Shown: positions 51,352 through 60,593 of the stretch, piece by piece
How positions within the stretch are numbered: position 1 is the first letter of the stretch
How the letters are laid out: each line of letters opens with the position of its first letter
From: Firmicutes bacterium CAG:884
GTDB taxonomy: Bacteria; Bacillota_I; Bacilli_A; RF39; UBA660
DNA length: 64,000 nt
NCBI GenBank assembly: GCA_000433875.1
Contig: HF993331.1
Span: 1,868-65,867, forward strand
Direction of reading: 5' to 3'
Program-made: the position numbers and the translations under genes
The notes under the pieces: generated by a model
What the model was told of the DNA's origin: nothing
Database searches by the model: none
Seen by the model: only the letters and a program-made list of their open reading frames with translations

Positions 51352-51428
51352 GTCTCCGTAGCTCAGTAGGATAGAGCGACTCCCTCCTAAGGAGTAGGTC
51401 GTTGGTTCGATTCCAATCGGGGACACCA
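51352..51428 (+). tRNA. tRNA-Arg (anticodon CCT)
   Basis: Cloverleaf: acceptor GTCTCCG/CGGGGAC, anticodon stem ACTCC/GGAGT, loop CTCCTAA, T-loop TTCGATT, encoded CCA. Extended -10 TGTTATAAT at 51333-51341. Confidence 0.9.
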
Positions 51429-51438
51429 TTAGTTATTT

Positions 51439-51465
51439 AGTTCTTATTTTATAAGAACTTTTTAT
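51439..51465 (+). terminator. Terminator agttcttat-ttt-ataagaact plus T5
   Basis: 9-bp perfect stem. Homologous to the hairpin after tRNA-Arg(TCT). Confidence 0.55.
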
Positions 51466-51776
51466 ATTAATAAGTTCGTTGGCTCTCATAATATAATCAT
51501 CATCATATTCGTTAATATTGCAGCCTTTAGGTAGAAAAATACGTAGTAATTTATTGCCGTTTTCATTTGAGCCTCTTTTGCAAGATGAATAATGATGAGC
51601 AAAGTAAGTTTTAGTTTTAAGATATTTCTCAATGTTTTTCCATTTGGAAAACCCAACACCATTATCAAAAGTAATGGTTTTAAATATGTCTGATAGTTTA
51701 TAATCATTTAATTCAGGACATTTTTTTTAATAACTTAACAGCTTTATAAACAGTATTTGACTGTCTATCTTTCATT
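51460..51776 (-). mobile_element. IS30-family transposase gene remnant (C-terminal DDE region, frameshifted, no start)
   Basis: Minus-strand frame reads KTITFDNGVGFSKWKNIEKYLKTKTYFAHHYSSCKRGSNENGNKLLRIFLPKGCNINEYDDDYIMRANELIN (compare the IS30 block YFAxPYxSWxRGxNENxNGLLRxxxPKG). The upstream piece MKDRQSNTVYKAVKLLKK is in another frame across the homopolymer at 51721-51728. Confidence 0.55.
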
Positions 51777-52098
51777 TTATCCTTCCTTTCTGGAAAGAAA
51801 AAATGAAAGATGCTCAGACAGATTTTGTAGATTTTTACGAGATGGTAAAATTTCGAAGTGTTATTATCCATTGTTAATAGAATTACTGAATAAAAAATCA
51901 GGTATGAATTTTGAGGTTAGTAAAGATGACTATATTGAATTAAGAGATATTGTAAATGGCTGGGATGCTGTAGAAAAAATGAATGGTGATATTCCTTTCT
52001 GTGAGTATTGTAGAGAGTATTTAGATGAGTATAAATGGGAAGCACATCATAAAAATGATAGTGATTATTCTAGCTATGTATTAAAAAAGAGAATGTGA
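51757..52098 (+). CDS. Hypothetical Cys-rich small protein
   Basis: ORF with CSDRFCRF and FCEYCREY pairs. Start uncertain. Overlaps the IS remnant region. Confidence 0.3.
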   Translation: MTVYLSFYPSFLERKNERCSDRFCRFLRDGKISKCYYPLLIELLNKKSGMNFEVSKDDYIELRDIVNGWDAVEKMNGDIPFCEYCREYLDEYKWEAHHKNDSDYSSYVLKKRM

Positions 52099-52132
52099 TA
52101 TAATTATTTTATAATATAGAAGGGATGAAATA

Positions 52133-52579
52133 ATGAAACAATTTAAACATTTAGGAGCTTATGGTTTAATAATAAAAGATGAAAAAATAGTTTTGATAAA
52201 AAAGGTAGGAGGCCCTTATAATGGAAAATTAGACCTACCGGGAGGAACTATAGAATGGGGTGAAACTCCAGAGCAAACATTAATTAGAGAATTAAATGAG
52301 GAAGTAGGAATTGATGTAATTAAATATGAACTGTTTGATGCTAATTCAATTGTATTTGAATGGATACATAAAGAAGAATTAGAGAGAGGTCATCATTTAG
52401 GAATTTTTTATAAAGTGTTAGACTATAATAATGAATTGTTAGAAGATATTAAAATAGATGAAAAAAATGATGATTCACTTGGAGCCAAATTCTATGAAAT
52501 AGGTAAATTAAAGAAAAGTGAACTATCAGATATAGCAAATTTAGAAATTGAAAAATTAGGGTATAAATTAGAAGATTAA
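52133..52579 (+). CDS. NUDIX hydrolase
   Basis: Nudix box GGTIEWGETPEQTLIRELNEEVGI. Confidence 0.8.
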   Translation: MKQFKHLGAYGLIIKDEKIVLIKKVGGPYNGKLDLPGGTIEWGETPEQTLIRELNEEVGIDVIKYELFDANSIVFEWIHKEELERGHHLGIFYKVLDYNNELLEDIKIDEKNDDSLGAKFYEIGKLKKSELSDIANLEIEKLGYKLED

Positions 52580-52883
52580 TATTAGGAGTTTTTTATGGAT
52601 TCCTTATTATATAGCATTCTCTGCTTGGGCAAACTTAATTACTTGTTTGTTTATAGTTATATCTAATGTTGTTTCTATAATAAGATATGATATAAAAAAG
52701 AGCTAATTTTTAGCATAATTTAATAAAAAACTCTTGACAATATATTCACAAATATAATATATTGAATATGACGTTTTGCAAAGAATCTACATTTTTAATA
52801 AAAACAACTTTGACTACATATTAAATATGTGGTTTTTTGCGTTTCATTTTGTCAGGTTCTTTGCTATGGAAGGAGTTGATAAA

Positions 52884-53852
52884 ATGTCATTCATCGAAGT
52901 TAAAAACATATCTAAAACATTTAAAGTTCCAATTAAACAAGGAATTTTAAAAGATTTCTTTAATAGGAAATATAGGTATATTAAAGCAATTGATAATATA
53001 TCGTTTTCTATTAAGAAAGGAGAAATTGTCGGTTACATTGGACCAAATGGTGCCGGAAAATCAACAACAATTAAAATACTATCCGGTATTCTACATCCAG
53101 ATTCTGGAAAAGTTGTAATTGATAAAAAAGTACCATATGAAGAAAGAATCAAATATGTTAAAGAAATTGGCGTAGTATTTGGTCAAAGAAGTCAACTATG
53201 GTGGGATGTACCAGCAATCGATTCATTTAATTTATTAAAAGAAATATATAAATTAGATGATAATGTATTTAAAGAAACTCTAAACGAATTAATCGAAATA
53301 TTATCTCTAAAAGATATAATAAATATTCCAGTTAGACAATTAAGTTTAGGATCAAGAATGAAACTTGAAATAGCAGCATCACTAATCCACAAACCCAAAA
53401 TACTATTTTTAGATGAACCAACCATTGGACTTGATGCCATCTCTAAAAAAGATGTAAGAGAATTTATTAAAAAAATAAATAAGAAAAATAATATAACAAT
53501 TATTCTTACAACCCATGATATGAATGATATAGAAGCTCTTGCAAAAAGAATTATTTTAATCGGAAAAGGTAAGAAATTATACGATGGAACACTAAATGAA
53601 CTCAAAAAAGATTACGGCTATATAAGAACAATAAGTGTTAAAACAAAAGATAAAATAAATATCAAAAAAAATTATATAGTCTCGCAAAAGAAAAATGATG
53701 ATACCATAGAATTTAAAATTGATACCAGAAAAATTGAAATAAATAAGTTTATTAATAATTTAACAAACAATATCTCTATTATTGACTTAGAAATTGACGA
53801 TAATAATATGGATGATATTGTAGTTAAATTATATAAGGATTTTAATATATGA
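52884..53852 (+). CDS. ABC transporter ATP-binding protein with C-terminal extension
   Basis: GPNGAGKSTT Walker A, LSLGSRMKLEIA signature, ILFLDEPT Walker B. RBS ggaaggag before the ATG at 52884. Confidence 0.8.
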   Translation: MSFIEVKNISKTFKVPIKQGILKDFFNRKYRYIKAIDNISFSIKKGEIVGYIGPNGAGKSTTIKILSGILHPDSGKVVIDKKVPYEERIKYVKEIGVVFGQRSQLWWDVPAIDSFNLLKEIYKLDDNVFKETLNELIEILSLKDIINIPVRQLSLGSRMKLEIAASLIHKPKILFLDEPTIGLDAISKKDVREFIKKINKKNNITIILTTHDMNDIEALAKRIILIGKGKKLYDGTLNELKKDYGYIRTISVKTKDKINIKKNYIVSQKKNDDTIEFKIDTRKIEINKFINNLTNNISIIDLEIDDNNMDDIVVKLYKDFNI

Positions 53853-54646
53853 TAGCATATTTCAAAATGAAGTTTATAGTAGGACTTCAATATAGAGCAT
53901 CAGCATTTGCAGCAATTTTAACACAAATATTTTTTGGCATTGTATATATATCAGTCTATTTAGCCTGTTATGAATCAGGAACAACATCTAATTTACCAAT
54001 GCCACTTAATGAACTAGTTAGTTATCTCTGGCTAAATCAAATCTTTTTCGCACTTATTTATCTATGGTATAAAGATAATGAGATACTTACTTTAATTAAA
54101 ACAGGAAATATCTCATATGAATTATGTAGACCACAAGACTTATATAATATGTGGTTTTCTAAAATACTAGGTGAAAGACTATCTAGTGTTACCCTTAGAT
54201 TTCCCCTAGTATTAATACTAGCAATCTTACTTCCAAAACCATATAATTTAACAATTGACTTAAATTTAATAAAGATAATTGTATTTTTAATAACCTTTAT
54301 ACTCGGTATATTCCTGATGGTATCCTTTACAATGTTTTATCATACCATTTGCTTAATAACACTTGATGAAAAAGGAATTATAAATATTATAATGGTCCTT
54401 GCTGATATTTTATCAGGCTTAACATTACCAATTCCATTTTTTCCACTATTCTTAAGAAATATATGTAATATTTTACCATTTAGATATATAAGTGATTTGT
54501 CATTTCGATTACTCGTTGGTAATATTGCCATAAAAGAAGGATTAATAGGAATTATAATTCAAATAATATGGATTATTATGTTTATAATTGCCGGAAGATT
54601 AATTGTCAAAAAATCATTAAAGAAAGTAGTACTACAAGGAGGTTAA
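53849..54646 (+). CDS. ABC-2 family exporter membrane protein
   Basis: Six TM helices. Overlaps the ATPase stop. Confidence 0.5.
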   Translation: MIAYFKMKFIVGLQYRASAFAAILTQIFFGIVYISVYLACYESGTTSNLPMPLNELVSYLWLNQIFFALIYLWYKDNEILTLIKTGNISYELCRPQDLYNMWFSKILGERLSSVTLRFPLVLILAILLPKPYNLTIDLNLIKIIVFLITFILGIFLMVSFTMFYHTICLITLDEKGIINIIMVLADILSGLTLPIPFFPLFLRNICNILPFRYISDLSFRLLVGNIAIKEGLIGIIIQIIWIIMFIIAGRLIVKKSLKKVVLQGG

Positions 54647-54647
54647 A

Positions 54648-55421
54648 ATGAAATTATACTTTAAATTTATGAAAATGCATTTAAACTGTCAATTACAATA
54701 TAAAATCTCATTTATTCTATCATTCATCTCTCAGTTTTTTGTTTTTTTCGGATACTATTTCACTATAATATGTTTATTTGATACCTTTTCAAGTGTTAAA
54801 GGATTTACCCTATATGAAGTCTTGTTAACATTTTCTATAATTCAATTTGGCTTTGCCTTTTGCGAAACTTTCTTTCGGGGCATAGATACATTTGATAAAC
54901 TAATTATAAGTGGAAACTTTGATAAAATCTTATTAAGACCACGAAATATATTGCTCCAAACATTTGCTGAAGAAGTCAACTTTACTAAACTATCTCGTTT
55001 GTTACAAGCCTTTATTATACTAATTATTTCTATCATAAAAATAGATGTCAAATGGAATACATTAAAAGCTTTAACCCTTATATTTATGGTTATAAGTTCC
55101 ATTATTATATTTTTAGGAGTATTTATCCTAGCAGCATCGTATTGCTTTTTTACAATCAAAGGCTTAGAAGTAAGAAACATCTTTACAGACGGAGGTAAAC
55201 ATATGGCTCAGTGGCCAATCGGTATATTTAAAAAAGGATTTGTCTTTATTTTTACATTTATAATACCATATGGCTTTGTTAATTATTATCCACTTTTATA
55301 TCTATTAGATAAAGAAAAAAATAATTTATTCATTTTTTCACCACTAATAACAATAATCTATTTAATTCCTTGTATTTTACTTTTCTATAAAGGAATCAAA
55401 AAATATTCGAGCACAGGCTGA
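54648..55421 (+). CDS. ABC-2 family exporter membrane protein (second subunit)
   Basis: Six TM helices. Starts 2 nt after the previous gene. Confidence 0.5.
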   Translation: MKLYFKFMKMHLNCQLQYKISFILSFISQFFVFFGYYFTIICLFDTFSSVKGFTLYEVLLTFSIIQFGFAFCETFFRGIDTFDKLIISGNFDKILLRPRNILLQTFAEEVNFTKLSRLLQAFIILIISIIKIDVKWNTLKALTLIFMVISSIIIFLGVFILAASYCFFTIKGLEVRNIFTDGGKHMAQWPIGIFKKGFVFIFTFIIPYGFVNYYPLLYLLDKEKNNLFIFSPLITIIYLIPCILLFYKGIKKYSSTG

Positions 55422-55479
55422 TTTTTATTTACTTTATATTTCACATTTGCTATAATCTAAGTATAATGATGGAGGAAAT

Positions 55480-56688
55480 ATGAATAAAAAAATACTAATA
55501 AGCACTAATATTGCTATTTATATAGTTATAATATTTTTATCTTGCTACTTTATTATGATACCAAATATAAAAAAACTAAACGAAACAAATAAAACGAAGG
55601 TATATACTAATGAAGAAAGAGTTAATCTAATAAATGAAACAAATAGAAAATATGACGAATTAGAAAAACAAAAATCAAACGAATATATTGATAAAAAAAC
55701 AGAAATACAAAATAAATATGATAAGCTTAATGAAGAAGTAAAAACAAAATATGATAGATTAATTAGTGAGATGAACTCTAAATATGATAAAAAATACAAA
55801 GAATACAGTAATAAAATGGCTAATGTTGAATCATCTAAAAATAGAGAGTTTTGGGCAAACGGATTCAGTAAAAGATTTTATGAACTAGACAATGAATATG
55901 TATCATTAGCGAAGGCAAGAGGAAAAATCGAAACTGAAAGAGCCGAAGAAAAAAGAAATTATGAAAGTGAAAAATATAATGAAACAGCTAGAAACAATGA
56001 ATTATTAGAAGATGAAATTGCAAATAATTCAAAAGAAAGAGAAAAAGAATTAGATAGTCTTTATACACTTAGAACAAATGAATTAAATAAAATTAATTCA
56101 AACAATAGAAAAATAAGAGAATTAAAAAGAAGTTATATACTATGTATTATAATAAGTATAGTAATAATTGTTTTACCTCTAATATATGTTGTATTCATAT
56201 ATAACTATTTTACAAAACTATTAAATAATGTAAAAGAAAAATGGAGTCAAGTAGAAGTAATGCTAAAACAAAGAACTGATTTAATCCCAAATATTGTAGA
56301 AACAGTTAAAGGTTACTCTAATTATGAAAAAAAGACTCTAACAGAAGTAATTAATGCAAGAAATGAAGCCATAAAATCATCTAATAAAGAAGATGAAATT
56401 GAAACAAATAAAAAACTAGGTAACCTAGTTAAAAAAATGATTGTTTCATTTGAAAAATATCCAGAATTAAAAGCTGACAAAAACTTTATGGACTTACAAA
56501 ACAACTTAGTTAATATAGAAAATAGTCTATCATTAGCACGAAGTCGTTACAATAGAGCAGTTTTAGCCTATAAAAACTCACTTGAAATGTTTCCATCAAA
56601 TATGTTTGGCATAATATTTAATTTTAAACCAGAAATGTTTTTTGAAATGTCAAAAGATGAAGCTGAAACAATTAAAATAAAGTTTTAA
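55480..56688 (+). CDS. LemA-family protein with long N-terminal TM plus coiled-coil extension
   Basis: C-terminal LemA domain (EKWSQVEVMLKQRTDLIPNIVETVKGY...YNRAVLAYKNSLEMFPSNMFG). Two TM helices flank a 190-aa coiled coil. Confidence 0.6.
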   Translation: MNKKILISTNIAIYIVIIFLSCYFIMIPNIKKLNETNKTKVYTNEERVNLINETNRKYDELEKQKSNEYIDKKTEIQNKYDKLNEEVKTKYDRLISEMNSKYDKKYKEYSNKMANVESSKNREFWANGFSKRFYELDNEYVSLAKARGKIETERAEEKRNYESEKYNETARNNELLEDEIANNSKEREKELDSLYTLRTNELNKINSNNRKIRELKRSYILCIIISIVIIVLPLIYVVFIYNYFTKLLNNVKEKWSQVEVMLKQRTDLIPNIVETVKGYSNYEKKTLTEVINARNEAIKSSNKEDEIETNKKLGNLVKKMIVSFEKYPELKADKNFMDLQNNLVNIENSLSLARSRYNRAVLAYKNSLEMFPSNMFGIIFNFKPEMFFEMSKDEAETIKIKF

Positions 56689-56788
56689 TCAAACTATGTT
56701 TATAAAGCATAGTTTTTTTAATATTTAAATTTGACTGATATTTGATAGTATGATACTATTTATATGTATTAAAAAAGGGGGAAAACTT

Positions 56789-58015
56789 ATGAATACAAAA
56801 TCTTTAATTATTAACGCAGGTAGTTCATCATTAAAGTTTAGTTTGTATGAAATGCCTGAAAAAAAAGAATTAATTAATGGTAATGTTGAAAAAATTGGTT
56901 TAGAAGATTCTTTCGTAACATTAAAACTAAATGGAGAAAAAATTAAGCACAAGTTTGTTGTAAAAGATCATAGTGATGCCGCTATGGTAATGATAAAAGA
57001 ACTAATTGATAATAAAGTAATAGAAAATATCAATGATATTAATGATATAGGTCATCGTATTTTACACGGCGGTGAGTTCTATGCTGATTCAGTTGTAATT
57101 GATGAAGAAGTTCTAAATAATATTGTTTATTTAACTAAATTAGGACCTTTACATCATCCAGGTGAAATCGCAGTTATCAAAAAAATGATGGAACTTTTAC
57201 CTAATACACCAAATGTTGCTGTATTTGATACAGCATTCCATCAAACAATGCCAAAAGAAAGTTATATTTATGCAGTTCCCTATGAATGGTATACAAAATA
57301 TGGCGTAAGAAAATATGGTTTTCACGGAACAAGCCATAAGTATATTACAAGTGTAATGCAAGAAAAATTAAACAAAGAAGATGTCAATATAATTAGCTGT
57401 CATCTAGGTAGTGGTGCATCTATAGCTTGTATAAAAGATGGCAAAGTATATGATACAACAATGGGTATTACTCCTTTAGATGGAATTATTATGGGTACTA
57501 GATCTGGTTCAATCGATCCTTCAATTATTACTTATATGATGCAAGAATCAGGTAAAACAGCTTATGAAGTTATTGATGACTTAAATAAGAAAAGTGGTTT
57601 ACTTGGTATTTGTTCTAAAAGTGACTTTAGAGATGTTGAAGATTTAATTAGTAAAAATGATCAAAATGCAATGCTTGCCTTTAAAAAGTTTAGAAACTCA
57701 GTAGCGCATGCAATTGCCAATTATTATGTTGATTTAGATGCTAATGTTGATGCAATTATTTTTACAGCCGGAATTGGTGAAAATGTAGAAAGTATCAGAG
57801 CAGCAATTATAAATATGCTTGCAAAAAGTTTGCATCTTGAACTAGATAAAATAGAAAATAGTAAAATAGCAAAATTCAAAGAAAAACACGAAGGAATTAT
57901 TACAACAAGTAATTCAAGTATCCCTGTTTATGTTATTCCAACAGATGAAGAATCTATGATTCTAAATGATACTTATGAATTAGCCAATTCAAAAAAATTA
58001 AGTTTTAAGAAATAG
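56789..58015 (+). CDS. ackA: Acetate kinase
   Basis: LIINAGSSSLKFSLY, HRILHGG, FDTAFHQTMP, and GFHGTSH motifs. RBS aaggggg. Confidence 0.9.
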   Translation: MNTKSLIINAGSSSLKFSLYEMPEKKELINGNVEKIGLEDSFVTLKLNGEKIKHKFVVKDHSDAAMVMIKELIDNKVIENINDINDIGHRILHGGEFYADSVVIDEEVLNNIVYLTKLGPLHHPGEIAVIKKMMELLPNTPNVAVFDTAFHQTMPKESYIYAVPYEWYTKYGVRKYGFHGTSHKYITSVMQEKLNKEDVNIISCHLGSGASIACIKDGKVYDTTMGITPLDGIIMGTRSGSIDPSIITYMMQESGKTAYEVIDDLNKKSGLLGICSKSDFRDVEDLISKNDQNAMLAFKKFRNSVAHAIANYYVDLDANVDAIIFTAGIGENVESIRAAIINMLAKSLHLELDKIENSKIAKFKEKHEGIITTSNSSIPVYVIPTDEESMILNDTYELANSKKLSFKK

Positions 58016-58023
58016 GTGATTTT

Positions 58024-58647
58024 ATGGATAGAGTATTAGAGTTTATTGATGATAATATAGCAAGTAGTATTTATGGAAGAAAAACAGTAAATGGTAGATA
58101 TCATCATAATAGTAGTTATTCTTCTGCAAACAGTATTGTTAAACATGGTATTTTATCAATGAAAGATTTACATAATTCAGGTATAAATATTTATTCTTTA
58201 GATGCTTTAGAAAGAGCAAGTAATCATTTATCACACATTAATGGTAATGATGGTATTTCTTTAGCAGTTGTTGGATTAACTGATTTATATAAAGATGAAG
58301 ATGAATATGATCCATATAAACTAGAATGTGTTGACTTTGTTGTTGATGATAGTATTAAAGCTTGCCGTTCAACTTTACATTACGGTAATGAATTCATTAG
58401 TTATAATTCAATTCCAAACGATAAAATAAATGCTGTTGATATCAGATTAAGAAAGTATTTAAGATTAGCATCTAATATAAATGATGTTAATAAAGCAATT
58501 AGATATTATGAAGACTTAAGAGAAATAGCAAGTGCCTTAAAAGAATGTTCACTTGATATTCCTTTAAGAGAAATGTCAAGCGATAATTATGTACTTGATA
58601 TAGATAGGGTATCAAATATGCCTAAAATAAAGACTTTATTCAAATAA
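58024..58647 (+). CDS. Hypothetical protein (207 aa)
   Basis: ORF only. Confidence 0.35.
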   Translation: MDRVLEFIDDNIASSIYGRKTVNGRYHHNSSYSSANSIVKHGILSMKDLHNSGINIYSLDALERASNHLSHINGNDGISLAVVGLTDLYKDEDEYDPYKLECVDFVVDDSIKACRSTLHYGNEFISYNSIPNDKINAVDIRLRKYLRLASNINDVNKAIRYYEDLREIASALKECSLDIPLREMSSDNYVLDIDRVSNMPKIKTLFK

Positions 58648-58716
58648 AGTCTTTTTATTATATTTGACAGTATATAATATAAATTGTATAATAAATCTAA
58701 TTTTGAGTGAGGTTTT

Positions 58717-60552
58717 ATGGAAAAGAATATAAATGATTTTTATAAGGAAATATTAAAAGGAAAAGATGTTAGTATTCCTAACATTAAAAGCTGGGAATTA
58801 ATAAAAGAAAAAAATAAAAATAATTCGGATTTAATCGCATTAAGCGAAGCTGACAAAAAAATAACATATGGAGAAATGTTTGATAATTTTGAAAAAAATG
58901 CAAAAGCCTTTTCATCACTAGGAATAAATCGTCATAATAATTCAAGAGTGCTTGTATTGATGCCAAATGTTGCTGAAACTTGTTATATTGATTATGCCTT
59001 GGATATGACAGGAGCAGTATGCGATTTCATTGATCCAACATCTTCGTACGATAAGGTAAAAAAATATGTGGAAAATGAAAAAATAACAGATATTATTTCT
59101 CTTGATCTAATGTTTTTAAAAACACTATATAATAAAAGAAAAGAATTAAAAGAAAAGTATGGAATCAAGAATATGATAATATATCATAGTGATTTTATGA
59201 CTAAGGTGTTACCAAGAAGCATAAGAATATATTCAGAACTTATAAATAAAGTAATTGATAAAAAAGTTCTAAAAATGGAAAATATTATTAATGATAGTAG
59301 ATATGAAAATATTACATATGACCATTTAGATTCTAAAAATTTATCTCTAATCACTCATACATCTGGAACAACAACCGGAATAGGAAAACCAATTACCCTT
59401 ACGGATTATAATCGAAATGCACTTGCTAAACAATATGAATTAGCCTGTTTTAATTATAAACCAGGTATGAAAATGATGCATTTTATTCCATACTTTGCAA
59501 GTTATGGTTCAGTAAATACAACTAATTTAGGATTAGTAGAAGGTATGGAATTAATGGAAATTCCTTTGTTTAGTCCAGATAAGTTTGCAGAAATATTATT
59601 AAAATTGAAACCTAATATCGTTTTAGCGAACACTCCTTGTTGGCTTAATTTGATTAAAAGTTCATATGCACAAAATGCTGATTTATCATTTCTTACTTAT
59701 GCGTCAAGTGGTGGAATGAATACATCAGTTGAAGATGAGGAAAAAATAAATGATTTTCTTAAAAAACATAATGCTTCAGTTGCGCTTACGAAAGGTTATG
59801 GACTATCAGAACTTGGTGGATGTTCAGTTACAACTATCGATGGATTTAATAAAGTAGGAAGTCCTGGTGTACCTCTTCCTTTAGTTGATATTAAAATAAG
59901 AAATCTTGAAATAAATTGTTTTGAGAAACTATATGAAAAAGATGTTCAAGGAGAAGCATTTATTCATACTGAAACAATGACTAGTGGTATTTTAGATGAT
60001 AAAAGAATAATTGATATTAAAGAAATTGACGGCAAGAATTATTTGCCAACAAAAGATGTTTTAAAAATATATAAAAATGGTTTTGTTGAATATATTGAAA
60101 GAATCGATAGAATGTTTCCAAGATATGATGGATACAATGTATACCCCAGACCAATTGAAGAATATATAAAAAAAGATAGTAGAGTAAATAATTGTGTCAT
60201 TGTTCCATTATTTGATAGTGAAAAAAATGGAATGGTTCCTCGCGTATATATTGAAGAAAAAGAAATAATAGAAGATAAAAATAAATTTATTAAAAATATT
60301 ATTGATAATTTCTTTATAAAAAGTATAGGTGAATATAAAGCTAATTTTAGAGACATTCCCCATAGTTGGGTTTTTGCCAACATTCCTAAAAATACAATGG
60401 GAAAAGATGATTATTACTCTTTAAAGAATGGACTTATTCAAGGGGAAGAATATAAAATTATTATTATTGAAAACAATATGAATGTAAAAAGTATAAGTGT
60501 ACAAAGAGTAAATAATAGAATAAGCAAATGTTTGACTAAATCTATCATTTAA
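58717..60552 (+). CDS. AMP-dependent synthetase/ligase (ANL superfamily), paralog 1
   Basis: LITHTSGTTTGIGKPI (A3), GYGLSELGG (A5), IPKNTMGK (A10 Lys). A7/A8 partly degenerate. Confidence 0.7.
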   Translation: MEKNINDFYKEILKGKDVSIPNIKSWELIKEKNKNNSDLIALSEADKKITYGEMFDNFEKNAKAFSSLGINRHNNSRVLVLMPNVAETCYIDYALDMTGAVCDFIDPTSSYDKVKKYVENEKITDIISLDLMFLKTLYNKRKELKEKYGIKNMIIYHSDFMTKVLPRSIRIYSELINKVIDKKVLKMENIINDSRYENITYDHLDSKNLSLITHTSGTTTGIGKPITLTDYNRNALAKQYELACFNYKPGMKMMHFIPYFASYGSVNTTNLGLVEGMELMEIPLFSPDKFAEILLKLKPNIVLANTPCWLNLIKSSYAQNADLSFLTYASSGGMNTSVEDEEKINDFLKKHNASVALTKGYGLSELGGCSVTTIDGFNKVGSPGVPLPLVDIKIRNLEINCFEKLYEKDVQGEAFIHTETMTSGILDDKRIIDIKEIDGKNYLPTKDVLKIYKNGFVEYIERIDRMFPRYDGYNVYPRPIEEYIKKDSRVNNCVIVPLFDSEKNGMVPRVYIEEKEIIEDKNKFIKNIIDNFFIKSIGEYKANFRDIPHSWVFANIPKNTMGKDDYYSLKNGLIQGEEYKIIIIENNMNVKSISVQRVNNRISKCLTKSII

Positions 60553-60593
60553 AATATAATATTTGTAATTAAAAGAAATGGAAGGAATAGTTT

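Noticed and set aside
51486-51707. Track ORF on the minus strand (MIINYQTYLKPLLL...)
   Set aside because: Low-complexity translation in the wrong frame. The adjacent frame of the same DNA carries clear IS30 transposase similarity, so this ORF is treated as spurious.
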